Shown here: piece after piece, positions 16,922 through 27,934 of the stretch | How positions within the stretch are numbered: the first letter of the stretch is position 1 | Layout of the letters: the number at the start of each line of letters is the position of its first letter | From: a virus | Reading direction: 5' to 3' (one strand) | IMG/VR virus record: IMGVR_UViG_3300025294_000001 | DNA length: 62,157 bases | Notes under the pieces: generated by a model | Seen by the model: only the letters and a program-made list of their open reading frames with translations | What the model was told of the DNA's origin: nothing | The model's database searches: none | Made by a program: the position numbers and the translations under genes

Positions 16922-17274
16922 ATTGGAAGGAAATTAAGGAGTATGGGTACGGTCTGTTGGGGCTGTTACCTGACCAACTCTTTAATTTGACCCTTCCTGA
17001 ATTTACTGACATGGTTAGTGCTAAATTGTACTTTAAGTCACTAGATGGTGATACTGAAATGCAACGCACAGCATGGCAAACGTCATTACTTATGAGTGCT
17101 ACTGGCAACTATGGTAAGAAAGGCGTTGACCCTAAGAAGTTGTACAAACCTCAATTCGATGAAATGGGACAACCTATTAAATCTACTGAGGGGCATGGTG
17201 CATTTACACCAATTGATAAAGAAGAAAAAGATAAGAAGCTGAATGAGTTAATGGCAAAATTTAATAATAGGTAA
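16634..17274 (+). CDS. tail assembly chaperone, -1 frameshift fusion (G-T-like)
   Basis: A slip at A_AAA_AAC (16912-16918) joins frame 2 to the open -1 frame, which has no stops from 16912 to 17274 and contains track ORF 16957..17274. Confidence 0.6.
16912..16918 (+). promoter_or_regulatory. programmed -1 ribosomal frameshift slippery site
   Basis: A_AAA_AAC in the correct X_XXY_YYZ register, directly before the stop of the G-like ORF. Confidence 0.6.
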
Positions 17275-17281
17275 GAAGGGG

Positions 17282-17323
17282 GTAACTAAAGTTTAATACT
17301 AGACTTTGGTTACTCTCTTTTTT
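17282..17323 (+). terminator. terminator-like hairpin
   Basis: 11-bp stem GTAACTAAAGT/ACTTTGGTTAC followed by a T-run. Confidence 0.5.
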
Positions 17324-17345
17324 CTGTATAGAGGAAGGTGAGAAA

Positions 17346-20102
17346 ATGGCTTCAAATTTAGCTGATATTTTAGTAACCCTTACGCTAGATACTTCTGAGT
17401 TTTCTAGTAAGCTACGTGAGGTTGGTCAGGAATTAAATAACTTTCGTAACCATGTGAACCAAGTAACAACTAACATGGAGAACGATTTTACAAATAGCAT
17501 GAGTAATATGGGTAACTCAATGAATAGCTTAACACAGGCTACTCAGAGTACAAGTAACAGCATTAACCAACATATGAACTCAGCCTCTCAATCTGTAAAT
17601 AGGTTCGGTCAAAGTTCACGTTCATTAGCTAGAAACTTAGGGACGGATATGCAAAGTGTATATAGAGTAGTGCAAGCATCTACACAAGAATTTGAACGCT
17701 TTGGGCAAACTGGAAACAGAGTGTCAATGCAAGTTGCACAGCAATTCCAATACTTACCAAGACACTTACAATTGTACGTGCAACGTTTACAAGAAGCTGG
17801 ACGTAGTACTCAGGCATTCGGACAGTTAAATGAAATGTATGGTCAACGTAACTTAGAAATGTTAAGACGTCAAAATGATTTCATGCAACAACAAACAATG
17901 CAATCTACAAGAATGATCCAGGCTTTACGTGACCAAGACTTGTCACCACTATCTCAACAGTTCCTACGATTAGGGGAACGATTAGAGGCAAATGCAAGAC
18001 GAGGAACAGCCCTTAACTTAGCTTTAACTCAGTTGGGTGAAAATGCTTCACCTAAGCAAGTATCTGAACGAGTTAAGCTGATTGAACAAGGACTTGCAAG
18101 GGCAACTTCAACAGCTATGTTATTCGGTATTGCAACGGCTGGTATGGTATACGGATTAGTTCTTTTATCTAATGAAGTTGATGGTCGATTAGTTCCAGCA
18201 TTTGACCAATTAAAGTCTACGTGGGCTGATGCTTTAACACCGTTCGTACAAGCATTCACTACCTTTGTACTTTGGATTATGAAAGGTGCACAGGCGGTTG
18301 GTGAGTTCATGAAATCACTAGCTGAAACGAACCCACAGCTTTCACAAATGATATGGGGATTCTTAGCTTTAACCATTGCATTTACAGCCCTTTTAGCCCC
18401 GCTGGCTATATGTATTGGGCTTACAGATGGTTTGGCTGCTAGTTTCACAATGCTATGGGCTGTTATCTCTCCATTCGTATTAGGATTCCTTGCGGTGGTT
18501 GGTGTAGCTATGTTAGTTGCTGGTGCTATCGTTGTGGTAGTTGCGGTAATTAATAACCTATGGCAAGCTTCTGAATCATTCCGTCAAGCATGGATTACAA
18601 TTTGGCAAAATGTTAAGGACATGTTCATGAACTCATTTGTCGCCCCTATCTCTCAGGCATGGGCTACACTTTCACAAGCGTTTACTGGCTTAGTTGCAAG
18701 TATCACTGGTGGAACTGGAACAATGGGTAACTTATGGACTTGGTTAGGTGACCACTTATCTGTAATCATTACTCAAATTGCTGGGGTAATTCTTCCAATT
18801 CTAAACGTGGCATTCCAAACAATGGGTACTCTTATTTCTGCGGTTATTCAAGGAATTGCGGTAGTAGTAACTTGGATGGGACAAATGTGGCAACAACATG
18901 GAGATCAGATTTCTGCGGTATGTACAGTAATTTGGGGTTATGTAATGCAAGCCTTCACGGCAATTGGTAGTTTCTTACAAAGTATCATGCCACAAATTAT
19001 TTCCGTTGCTTCAAGTGGATGGGAATTAATTAAAACGGCTGTCGATTTTTGTATGAAATATATTGCACCAGTCGTAGTTTCAGCGTTTAACGTTATTTCT
19101 CAAATCATTGGTTTTGTAATGCCATTTATTTTACAAATCATTGTTTCGACATGGAACAACATTAAATCTGCAATTACGTCAGCAATCGCAATTATCCAAA
19201 ATGTTATCCAATTATTTACAAACATTCTGAAAGGAAACTGGTCAGGTGCTTGGAATAACATTAAAGAAATCTGTTCAAATGTACTTACTCTTATTTGGAA
19301 TTTAATTCAAATTTACTTCGCTGGTAAATTATTAGCACCACTTAAAGGGTTTGCTACTGCTGGGTTAAATATCGTTAAAGCTGGATGGACTGCTATTATG
19401 TCAACAATTAAGTCGGTATGTTCAAGCATCGCTTCATTCATATCTTCAATTTGGAATGCAATAGCGTCAGGTTTACGTGGGAACTTCTCAGGTATCCTAA
19501 GTTCAGCAACGTCAATCTTTAACTCAATGAAATCAAGTATTTCTTCAATTTTCAACAGTATTAAATCTACTGCTACGTCAGTCTTTAATGCTGTAAAGAC
19601 AGCTATCACGAACCCGATTGAAACAGCGAAAAATACCTTATTGGGTATCATTAGCAAGATTGTAGGGGCTTTCGCCGCTATGAAAATTGTTATCCCAAAA
19701 CCTAAGTTACCTAAGGTTGATATTGGTATTGGTCACAAGTCTATCGGTGGAATTGACCTTCCTTATCCTACATTCAGCGTAAGTTGGAACGCTAAAGGTA
19801 ACATCTTTAACGGTGCATCTATCTTAGGTGGAGGACAAGGTGTTGGTGAGGCTGGTGCTGAGGCTGTAATTCCACTAGAACGTAAGCGTTACATGAAGCC
19901 ATACGCAAGTGCTGTAGCACAACATTTATCTAAAATGTCAGGCGGTAGTTTCGGTAGCACTAATTCAGGTGGCAACCAGTATACAGTTCAGTTTAATGAA
20001 CCAGTAGTTATAAGAGAAGATGCTGACATTCAACGTATCGTTGACGAAATGGAACGTCGTCGCAAAATCTCAGAAAGAAGTCAAGGTGTATTCAGCTACT
20101 AA
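17346..20102 (+). CDS. tail tape measure protein
   Basis: 918 aa, after the chaperone pair. Q/N-rich coiled N-terminus, central multi-TM hydrophobic block, repetitive S/I/N-rich segment. Confidence 0.85.
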   Translation: MASNLADILVTLTLDTSEFSSKLREVGQELNNFRNHVNQVTTNMENDFTNSMSNMGNSMNSLTQATQSTSNSINQHMNSASQSVNRFGQSSRSLARNLGTDMQSVYRVVQASTQEFERFGQTGNRVSMQVAQQFQYLPRHLQLYVQRLQEAGRSTQAFGQLNEMYGQRNLEMLRRQNDFMQQQTMQSTRMIQALRDQDLSPLSQQFLRLGERLEANARRGTALNLALTQLGENASPKQVSERVKLIEQGLARATSTAMLFGIATAGMVYGLVLLSNEVDGRLVPAFDQLKSTWADALTPFVQAFTTFVLWIMKGAQAVGEFMKSLAETNPQLSQMIWGFLALTIAFTALLAPLAICIGLTDGLAASFTMLWAVISPFVLGFLAVVGVAMLVAGAIVVVVAVINNLWQASESFRQAWITIWQNVKDMFMNSFVAPISQAWATLSQAFTGLVASITGGTGTMGNLWTWLGDHLSVIITQIAGVILPILNVAFQTMGTLISAVIQGIAVVVTWMGQMWQQHGDQISAVCTVIWGYVMQAFTAIGSFLQSIMPQIISVASSGWELIKTAVDFCMKYIAPVVVSAFNVISQIIGFVMPFILQIIVSTWNNIKSAITSAIAIIQNVIQLFTNILKGNWSGAWNNIKEICSNVLTLIWNLIQIYFAGKLLAPLKGFATAGLNIVKAGWTAIMSTIKSVCSSIASFISSIWNAIASGLRGNFSGILSSATSIFNSMKSSISSIFNSIKSTATSVFNAVKTAITNPIETAKNTLLGIISKIVGAFAAMKIVIPKPKLPKVDIGIGHKSIGGIDLPYPTFSVSWNAKGNIFNGASILGGGQGVGEAGAEAVIPLERKRYMKPYASAVAQHLSKMSGGSFGSTNSGGNQYTVQFNEPVVIREDADIQRIVDEMERRRKISERSQGVFSY

Positions 20103-20150
20103 GCTGGTACGCCTTTTCTTTATTATATCCGAAATTGGAGGAAATAAACA

Positions 20151-21593
20151 ATGATTAAATTTGCAAATAAATCACTACCTTCCTATGTAAAGGTAACTGA
20201 TATTAAATATACAATTCTTCCATCTATTGAGAGTAAGACAGAACGTATTTATGGACGTTCAGGTTCTTATGATTTTGGTATTGAGTTGGGTGAAAGAAAG
20301 ATTGAAGTTGAGGTAATGCTTATTGGGGCTAATCAAAATGACGTGATTAAGAAAGCTAGGGACTTTGCTGTATGGCTATTCTACAAAGACTTACAGCCTT
20401 TAGTAATCCTTGACGAACCTGATAAACAGTACATGGCACGAGTAGTGGGCGATACTGACATTGCTGAATTATACCGTACAGGAACGGCAACTATAAGTTT
20501 CTTATGTCCTTCTGCATATGCGGAAAGCATCGGTGAGAAGAATCTTAGTTGGACAGCCTATGACACAACGCCTTACAACGTAATTAACAGTGGTTCGGCT
20601 GAGTGTTATCCAGTGTTTGACCTGACGCTTAAAGAGAATGTTCCTTCTATTGCTGTAATCAGTAATGACAAATTTGTACAACTAGGAATGGATAATGCAC
20701 TTGACAAGCCTAAGTTTGAAAGAAACCCACGTCAAATATGGGATGAAATGATTTCTACTAATGGATGGACAACAGCAAGTCAAGTTGATGGTGGTATTGT
20801 AGCTGGTACGTTTTCTAGTAACGGATACGAGTTTACACAAACTGGCTTAGATTATGGAACTGGTACAGGTTGGCACGGTGCTTCAATGGTTAAGTCATTA
20901 CCAAAACAGTTAGATAACTTTATCGTAGAGGGACGAATTTCTTTAAAATCTGCAAGTCCTCAACAAATGGGACGAATTGAAATCTACTTACTAGATGCTA
21001 ATAACGTACAGATTGGTAAGGTAGCTATGGCTGACGCTAACCCTGACGGTAAGTTCCCAATGGCTGAGGCTAGGGCTGGTTCGTTACAAGATGGTAAATA
21101 CTTTGTACGAGATTTTGGGGATTACAAAGGCGTATTCGAAAATTATGAGGGCTGTCTATGGATAGCTAAAGTAGGTAAAGGCTGGTCAGCTTACTTCTCT
21201 AAAATTGAAGCTAATGGACTTCACCATACTGAACTATACCGTGAATGGACAGATACTAAGAACAGCTATTCAGGAAAGAAACTAGCAAAGATTCAGATTC
21301 ATATCGGTGCTTATGGTGAAACTGAACCTGTATCTATTATGCGTTTCACAGACTTAAAGGTGTGGGAGAGAACTGTGGATGAACCTGCTGGACAAATTCC
21401 TGTGATCTTTAAGACAGGCGACATTGTAACTATAGATAATCAGAAAGCAATTGTATACCTAAACGGTAGACCAATCTTTACTGAGTTAGACCCATCGAGT
21501 GACTTTTTCCCACTGGATGTAGGGAACAACGGACTAATAGTTTCACCGCCTAAGGCTGACGTAAAAATTCGTTATAAGGAGAGGTGGCTATAA
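20151..21593 (+). CDS. distal tail protein (Dit-like)
   Basis: 480-aa ORF immediately after the tape measure gene. Call rests on position. Confidence 0.6.
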   Translation: MIKFANKSLPSYVKVTDIKYTILPSIESKTERIYGRSGSYDFGIELGERKIEVEVMLIGANQNDVIKKARDFAVWLFYKDLQPLVILDEPDKQYMARVVGDTDIAELYRTGTATISFLCPSAYAESIGEKNLSWTAYDTTPYNVINSGSAECYPVFDLTLKENVPSIAVISNDKFVQLGMDNALDKPKFERNPRQIWDEMISTNGWTTASQVDGGIVAGTFSSNGYEFTQTGLDYGTGTGWHGASMVKSLPKQLDNFIVEGRISLKSASPQQMGRIEIYLLDANNVQIGKVAMADANPDGKFPMAEARAGSLQDGKYFVRDFGDYKGVFENYEGCLWIAKVGKGWSAYFSKIEANGLHHTELYREWTDTKNSYSGKKLAKIQIHIGAYGETEPVSIMRFTDLKVWERTVDEPAGQIPVIFKTGDIVTIDNQKAIVYLNGRPIFTELDPSSDFFPLDVGNNGLIVSPPKADVKIRYKERWL

Positions 21594-21594
21594 T

Positions 21595-23040
21595 ATGTTA
21601 TTCATTTTAAATAAGAATCAAGAAACAGTAGGGGTTGCATCTAATAGCAACCCTCTTTCTTTGCCTTATTTTGAGGACTGGCATACTGAGAATTTAGAAG
21701 GTATTAACACATATGAGTTTAAAGTCCCTAGTGACCATTTGGACTCAGGAAAGTTAGAAGTAGAAGGACATGTGATTATAAAGAACCTTGACGGTGAACA
21801 TCTTCTATTTACTATCAAGGAAGTTAGTGACGGTATGGACAGTGGGCGTCGTATTAAGTCAGTCTTCTGTGAGGAAACGGCTATTACTGAATTACTGTCT
21901 GATGTACAGCGTCCTGACAAACTTGCAAGTACTACACTTGAAGTTGTGGCAAAGTCAATCCTTAACAATACAGTGGGATACACTTTGGCTGATGTGCCTT
22001 ACACACAATCGCAAGACATTGAGTTTTCTGATTACATGACAGTGCTTGAAGCGTTCCGACAAGTTGCTAATGAGTTTGCAATGGAAATGTACTTCACAGT
22101 TAAGCTACAAGGAACAAAGATCGTAGAGAAGACTATCCACTTTGTAGAGGAACGAGGACAGAAGACAGGCGTTCGTTTTGATTACTCTTATGATTTAAGA
22201 GGTGTGGGACGTACTGAGGACAGTTCACAAGTGGTTACAGCTTTAATAGGTGTAGGTAAAGGTGATAACTCACAAACTCGTATTAACTTAATTTCTGTTG
22301 GTGCATTTAACATGGGTGACATCTACAAAGAGGCTGGGGCTGATTGGATTGGTTCTGAGGTAGCTTTACAGCGTTTTGGTAGAAATGGTCGTCATAGATT
22401 CGGATTCTTTGTTGATGATAAATCTGATTCTGACAATCAATTGAAAGACAGAACAATTAAGGAACTAATGAAACGATGTGTACCAGCCGTTCACTATTCT
22501 AGTTCTATTACTACATTAGAACGATTAACTGGCTATGATGCTAAGAAACTAAGAATAGGCGACACGATTGTAATTAATGATAAGAGTTTCACACCATATA
22601 TCGTAATTAATGGGCGTGTTAAACAGCTAAAACGTTCTTACACACGTACAAATGTAGACGAGGTTGAATTAGGAAACTACAAGCCTATTACTCTATCACC
22701 GAATAAATCAATTAAGGACTTACAGAATGTCATTTCCAAAAGTGAAGCTAAATGGAATAACACTTCAATTCAAATTGTAGTTGAAGCATTAGGCGGTACA
22801 GTGTTCTTAAATGGTGAGGGTGAAACAATCCTTACAGCTAAACTGTACAACAATGAAGAGGAAATTGACGCTGACGGTAGGGACTTTATTTACAAATGGT
22901 TCAAGTACACAGCCAATGGAGAAGAAGTTCCATTATGGGGCGGTACTGTTAATTATAAAACTGGAAAACAACAAAAAATCACTTCACTAGATTTAGAAGG
23001 ACAAGCCACATTTAAGATCATAATCGACGACGGAAAATAA
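21595..23040 (+). CDS. tail-associated / baseplate hub protein (Tal-like)
   Basis: 481-aa ORF after the Dit-like gene. Call rests on position. Confidence 0.55.
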   Translation: MLFILNKNQETVGVASNSNPLSLPYFEDWHTENLEGINTYEFKVPSDHLDSGKLEVEGHVIIKNLDGEHLLFTIKEVSDGMDSGRRIKSVFCEETAITELLSDVQRPDKLASTTLEVVAKSILNNTVGYTLADVPYTQSQDIEFSDYMTVLEAFRQVANEFAMEMYFTVKLQGTKIVEKTIHFVEERGQKTGVRFDYSYDLRGVGRTEDSSQVVTALIGVGKGDNSQTRINLISVGAFNMGDIYKEAGADWIGSEVALQRFGRNGRHRFGFFVDDKSDSDNQLKDRTIKELMKRCVPAVHYSSSITTLERLTGYDAKKLRIGDTIVINDKSFTPYIVINGRVKQLKRSYTRTNVDEVELGNYKPITLSPNKSIKDLQNVISKSEAKWNNTSIQIVVEALGGTVFLNGEGETILTAKLYNNEEEIDADGRDFIYKWFKYTANGEEVPLWGGTVNYKTGKQQKITSLDLEGQATFKIIIDDGK

Positions 23041-23052
23041 GGAGGAAATTAT

Positions 23053-26000
23053 ATGGCGGTTATCACACAAGGACAAATCACTCTATACGAGGTATGGGAC
23101 GGACAACAAGGTATTAAAGGGGACAAGGGTGATAAAGGAGATAAAGGTGACCAAGGACTACAAGGTATTCAAGGTGGTGTTGGTGCTGATGGAAAAACTT
23201 ATTACACTTGGATTAAATACGCTGATACACCAACAACAGGAATGAGTGACTTACCAACTGGTAAATCTTATATGGGTATCGCCTATAACAAAACAACAGC
23301 GACGGAAAGCACGAACTACAATGACTACTCATGGTCATTAATCCGTGGTGACAAGGGTGACACTGGTGAACGTGGTTTGCAAGGATTACAGGGGGCTAAA
23401 GGTGACCAAGGGATTCAAGGTAACATGGGGATTCCAGGGATGCCCGGAACGTCTTCTTATACTCACATTGCTTACTCAACTAGTGCTGAGGGTTCAACTG
23501 GATTCTCAGTAAGCGACCCTGTAGGTAAAACGCATATTGGTATGTACGTTGACCAAACGGCTACGGACTCTACTGACCCTAAGAAATACAAATGGACTCT
23601 TATTAAGGGTGCTGACGGTTCTCAGGGTATTCAGGGACAAGCTGGTGCTGATGGTAAGACACCTTACTTCCATACAGCTTACGCTACTAACTCAAACGGT
23701 ACAGCTGGGTTTTCTACTACTGATGCAACAGGTAAAACATATATTGGTACTTATACTGATTATGTTTCTGCTGATTCAACAGACCCAACTAAGTACACAT
23801 GGATGTTAATTAAGGGAGATAAAGGAGACAAGGGTGACCAAGGGGTTCAAGGTATTCAGGGTGTGGCTGGTAAGGATGGTACTACTACTTACACATGGGT
23901 AAAATATGCTACTTCTTCTACTGGTGCTAACATGAGTGACTTACCTGATGGAAAGACTTACATCGGTTTAGCATACAACAAGACAACGCCTACTGAATCT
24001 ACTGTAGCCACTGATTACCAATGGGCTTTAATTCAAGGTGCAAAAGGGGATACAGGCTTAACTGGTTCTGCTGGTACTAATGGTAAAGACGGTATTACGT
24101 ATTACACATGGTTGAAATATGCTGATACGCCTACTACTGGTATGTCTGATTCACCAACTGGAAAAACCTACATGGGTATTGCTTACAATAAGACTACTGC
24201 AACAGAAAGCACTAACTATGCTGACTATAGCTGGTCTTTAATTAAAGGGGATACAGGGGCAACAGGAAGTACAGGTGCTAAGGGTGACCAAGGATTACAA
24301 GGAATTGCAGGCCCGAAAGGTGCGGACGGTCAAACAACGTACACATGGGTTAAGTACGCTGATGATGAATTAGGTAACGGTATGTCTGATTTACCTGACG
24401 GTAAAAGATATTTAGGACTTGCTTACAATAAAACAACTGCAACTGAGTCTACAACTAAGACTGATTATTCATGGTCACCATTGTATGACAATGTTCAAGT
24501 TGGTGGGCGTAACTTACTGTTACTATCAGGTAAAACATTTAATACAACGGACTACTTAATTAACCAATATACATTATCTGAGGACTTTGTTGTTGGTCAG
24601 GAATACACGTTTGTTATTAAAGGTACTGTTCCTGCTGGACAGAAGTTTGGTATTTGGATGAATGGCGGTTCTAACAATGTTGGTTACGCAACAACAACAT
24701 ATGTTAACGGTGTTACTTTTGTAACGTTTAAAGCTATTGCAACAACGTCAGGTAATGAGAGACGCCTTAACCTTTACAACTTCCCACAGAACACTACACA
24801 GGCAACAGTGGAATGGGTTGCACTGTACAAAGGTAATGTTCCTATGGACTATGTACCTACCCCTGAGGACTTAAATATAGGTGGTCGTAACTGGGTTTTA
24901 GGAACTGGAACACCTAAGAGTATAACTGGTACTAACACAGCAAACCAAACTGTGAATATCTATGACTTTGTAGGTAAGGATAGTACACCTATTCTTAATA
25001 CAGATATTGTAGTTTCATTTGATTGGGAGGTTACAGGGACTACAACGCCTACTGGTACATTGTACATGCAAGGAAGTAACCCTTATCCGTTAATTGCTGA
25101 CAGAATCACTTTCTCAGCTTCTAACTTAAAAGGACATTACTCTAAGGCTACAACTAAAATTCCTGCTGGTAAATTTGCATCGGTTAACATGAGACTAGAT
25201 AACGTAACAGTGGGTGCTGTTGTTACTATCTCTAATTTCAAGATTGCAACTGGAAACGTAGAAACAGGCTGGTCACCTGCACCTGAGGACGCACAATCAG
25301 GCGTAGATTCTGCTTTGGCTTCTATTTCTGATTTAGCAAGTGATTCACTGTTAACAGCATTGGAAAAGCGTACTTTAAAGAAAGAGTGGGACGGTATCGT
25401 TGCTGAGAAACCAACACTGGAAGCACAGGCAACAACTTACAGTATCACTACTGAGAAGACGAATTTCACAAATGCTTACAACACGTTAAACACTTTCATT
25501 ACACCATTGCTTTCTAATTTAACTGTTACAAGTTCGGCTGACGGTAATACTCTTAGAACTAACTTTAAGAACTATTACAGCACGAAAGCACTTCTTTTAA
25601 AGAAGATAACTGATACAGCCGATACATTCATTGACAATAAAGCTGACACAACTACTGTTACACCAATTAAGAACGCTGTTGAGGGCTGGACTATTGGACA
25701 GATTAACGGTAAACCTGCAATGAATGGTGACATGATTCAGAAGGATACGATCTTAGCAAGCCGTTTAGCGGTCGGTAACTTTGAAAACTTATTCACAAAT
25801 GGTTCTGCTGAGTATGGAAACATTGGATGGGACGCACACCCTCAGTGGTCTATTGTAAATAGTACATCTAACTCGTATAGCGGTTTATACCACTTCAAAG
25901 GGCTACACGGTGCTTCTACAAACTCTGAGTTTTATGATAGCAATGTTATACAAGTACGTGCTGGTGAGAAGTACTACATGGAAGGTTACTTCAAGTTAGA

Positions 26001-27453
26001 AAAGAGTGGTACAGCCTTTAACACTCGTACTTTATTAGCTAGATGGATTGATAGTGCTGGGGCATCTACATGGTCTATCATGACTGGAAATCTAACTAAT
26101 ACATGGCAAAAATTTGCTTACGAATTTACTGTCCCTGCTACTGCTGTGAAAATGCAAATCGGTCTTTCTGTTGCTGGTGGTCTAGCTACTGGAAACTCAA
26201 CTTATGCTGATTCTCTATTCTGTAAACGTATGTTAACAGGTGAGTTAATTGTTGACGGTTCTATTAAGGCTGACAGTATTGATGTTGCTAACCTTATGTC
26301 TCAGACTGCTGTTATTAACACAATCAAGTCAACGGATATTGTCGGTGACAAGATTAAGGGTGGAAAGATCAGTGGTGTTACTTACGAAAGTATTAACGCT
26401 TCAAACCCTAAAATCAAGGCTGTTATTGAAGGTAACTCATTTAAGTCTTACGGTGCTTCTGACGGTACAAAACAGAACTACGCTGAACTTAAAGAGGGAA
26501 AAGTTGTTGTATTTGAGGTTGCTGAAAGTGGTTCACCTTATGGTGATAAACAAGCCAATGTTGAACCAGCGAGATTTAACGCTGTACAAGGTTCTTCATA
26601 TAGTTCTGCATTAGAACCTAATGAACTACGTTTTTGGGTTCCGAACATGACAGGTAAGATTTACTTTGACGTAACAAGTAACGGTTCTACTGGTTATGGA
26701 TTACGTATGGAATCACCTGAGGGTATTCAAATTAACAACACGTTAGGGGCAAGTACCCCAGCACTTCAATTTAGTCAAGGTGAGTCAATTTACTTTGACG
26801 GATGGGGAAATTTACGTGGTGGTAAATACTCTACACAGTATGCTACATGGTCAATTAAGGACGCCAATGACCGTATAAAATTCCTTACACCAACAGGTAA
26901 AGGTGGTAACGGTGCTACTGAATTACGTGGTCATGGTAATGGTATAGACTTCTTCTATAACGAGTACCGCTTCATGAGTTTTTGGGGTGATAGCGTAAAC
27001 CGAGTTATCCGTTTTGGCGACGGTGGACAATTCAAGTGGCAAGCCAATCAAGGACGCTTTGAGTTTCGTACCTTTGATGATGGCGGTTGGACTAATGCTG
27101 CGGCTGGTAGTTTCCAAAACTCTTCTTCCTTTAACTGGAAGACAGATATTAAAAACTATGAAGGTAACGCACTTGACCTTATCGTAAATACGGACATCAT
27201 GACATACAAAATGAAGCCACCTGTAAACAATGAAACTAATGAGATAGTGGACATTGAGACACTACCTACTCACATTGGTGTCATTGCCGAGTTCGCCCCT
27301 AAAGAGATTAACGGAACGGACAATACTTCTGTTGACCTGTACGCTATGATCTCAGTTGGATGGAAAGCAATACAAGAACTGAATTTACAAATTAAAGAAT
27401 TAAAAGCGGAAATCGACCTGTTAAAAGCACCCCCTGTGGAGGCTAATAACTAG
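23053..27453 (+). CDS. tail fibre / receptor-binding protein with collagen-like repeats and a C-terminal chaperone-like domain
   Basis: G-X-Y runs (GDKGDKGDKGDQGLQGIQG and others) alternate with six ~55-aa modules (TYYTWIKYADTPTTGMSD...YSWSLIKG). The C-terminus has SSFNWKTDIKN and a coiled coil, like S74-type intramolecular chaperones. Confidence 0.8.
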   Translation: MAVITQGQITLYEVWDGQQGIKGDKGDKGDKGDQGLQGIQGGVGADGKTYYTWIKYADTPTTGMSDLPTGKSYMGIAYNKTTATESTNYNDYSWSLIRGDKGDTGERGLQGLQGAKGDQGIQGNMGIPGMPGTSSYTHIAYSTSAEGSTGFSVSDPVGKTHIGMYVDQTATDSTDPKKYKWTLIKGADGSQGIQGQAGADGKTPYFHTAYATNSNGTAGFSTTDATGKTYIGTYTDYVSADSTDPTKYTWMLIKGDKGDKGDQGVQGIQGVAGKDGTTTYTWVKYATSSTGANMSDLPDGKTYIGLAYNKTTPTESTVATDYQWALIQGAKGDTGLTGSAGTNGKDGITYYTWLKYADTPTTGMSDSPTGKTYMGIAYNKTTATESTNYADYSWSLIKGDTGATGSTGAKGDQGLQGIAGPKGADGQTTYTWVKYADDELGNGMSDLPDGKRYLGLAYNKTTATESTTKTDYSWSPLYDNVQVGGRNLLLLSGKTFNTTDYLINQYTLSEDFVVGQEYTFVIKGTVPAGQKFGIWMNGGSNNVGYATTTYVNGVTFVTFKAIATTSGNERRLNLYNFPQNTTQATVEWVALYKGNVPMDYVPTPEDLNIGGRNWVLGTGTPKSITGTNTANQTVNIYDFVGKDSTPILNTDIVVSFDWEVTGTTTPTGTLYMQGSNPYPLIADRITFSASNLKGHYSKATTKIPAGKFASVNMRLDNVTVGAVVTISNFKIATGNVETGWSPAPEDAQSGVDSALASISDLASDSLLTALEKRTLKKEWDGIVAEKPTLEAQATTYSITTEKTNFTNAYNTLNTFITPLLSNLTVTSSADGNTLRTNFKNYYSTKALLLKKITDTADTFIDNKADTTTVTPIKNAVEGWTIGQINGKPAMNGDMIQKDTILASRLAVGNFENLFTNGSAEYGNIGWDAHPQWSIVNSTSNSYSGLYHFKGLHGASTNSEFYDSNVIQVRAGEKYYMEGYFKLEKSGTAFNTRTLLARWIDSAGASTWSIMTGNLTNTWQKFAYEFTVPATAVKMQIGLSVAGGLATGNSTYADSLFCKRMLTGELIVDGSIKADSIDVANLMSQTAVINTIKSTDIVGDKIKGGKISGVTYESINASNPKIKAVIEGNSFKSYGASDGTKQNYAELKEGKVVVFEVAESGSPYGDKQANVEPARFNAVQGSSYSSALEPNELRFWVPNMTGKIYFDVTSNGSTGYGLRMESPEGIQINNTLGASTPALQFSQGESIYFDGWGNLRGGKYSTQYATWSIKDANDRIKFLTPTGKGGNGATELRGHGNGIDFFYNEYRFMSFWGDSVNRVIRFGDGGQFKWQANQGRFEFRTFDDGGWTNAAAGSFQNSSSFNWKTDIKNYEGNALDLIVNTDIMTYKMKPPVNNETNEIVDIETLPTHIGVIAEFAPKEINGTDNTSVDLYAMISVGWKAIQELNLQIKELKAEIDLLKAPPVEANN

Positions 27454-27497
27454 GAAAAGCGATTCCGCTTTTTCTTATTCATAAAGGAGGAAACCAC

Positions 27498-27635
27498 ATG
27501 CAATTAGACCCAAACATCATTATCAACGCACTAAGACAGAAACTATCAGAAATGACTTTAGAGTCTGTAATGAAAGACGCACGTATTCACCAGCTAGAAC
27601 ACGAGTTAGCTAGTAAAGATAGTCCTAAGGAATAG
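27498..27635 (+). CDS. XkdX-like small lysis-cassette protein (45 aa, below the ORF-track cutoff)
   Basis: SD AAAGGAGG 8 nt upstream. Lies between the fibre gene and the BhlA-like gene, as in Bacillus prophage lysis modules. Confidence 0.5.
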   Translation: MQLDPNIIINALRQKLSEMTLESVMKDARIHQLEHELASKDSPKE

Positions 27636-27646
27636 GGGGCTATGAA

Positions 27647-27934
27647 ATGACTGAACTAGAGTTATTTAACACCTTTGGCAAAGAGAGTATTGTCTTTGTC
27701 GCAATAATTCTTATTTGGTTTCTATTCGTCAAACCAAAGGATGAACAGATTAAAGAACTGTTGGAAAGTAACCGATTGGTAGTGTCTGAGAACAGTGAAA
27801 CACTTGCTAGTATTTCTGACACTATGAAAGAGATTTCAGGAGAGTTAACTAACTTGAATGAGAATCAGGTGAAACTAAAAGATGGTCAAGACGAATTGTG
27901 GAAAGAAATTATTATGATTAAAAAGGAGAGATAA
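27647..27934 (+). CDS. BhlA/UviB-family holin-like protein
   Basis: One N-terminal TM (IVFVAIILIWFLFV) followed by a coiled coil. Immediately upstream of the endolysin gene. Confidence 0.6.
   Translation: MTELELFNTFGKESIVFVAIILIWFLFVKPKDEQIKELLESNRLVVSENSETLASISDTMKEISGELTNLNENQVKLKDGQDELWKEIIMIKKER

Noticed and set aside
18029-19657. Reverse-strand ORFs 18029..18448 and 19313..19657 inside the tape measure gene
   Set aside because: They are antisense shadows of a long, well-supported structural gene, with no translation signals.
21666-22039. ORFs 21666..21983 (-) and 21788..22039 (+) overlapping the Tal-like gene
   Set aside because: They are embedded in or out of frame with a tightly packed structural gene and lack an SD. 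Their composition mirrors the host frame.
23537-26614. Alternative-frame + strand ORFs 23537..23809 and 26249..26614 within the fibre gene
   Set aside because: Their L/T/R-rich translations arise from the NNT-biased codons of the fibre frame, and there are no start signals. The fibre frame shows clear collagen and repeat structure.
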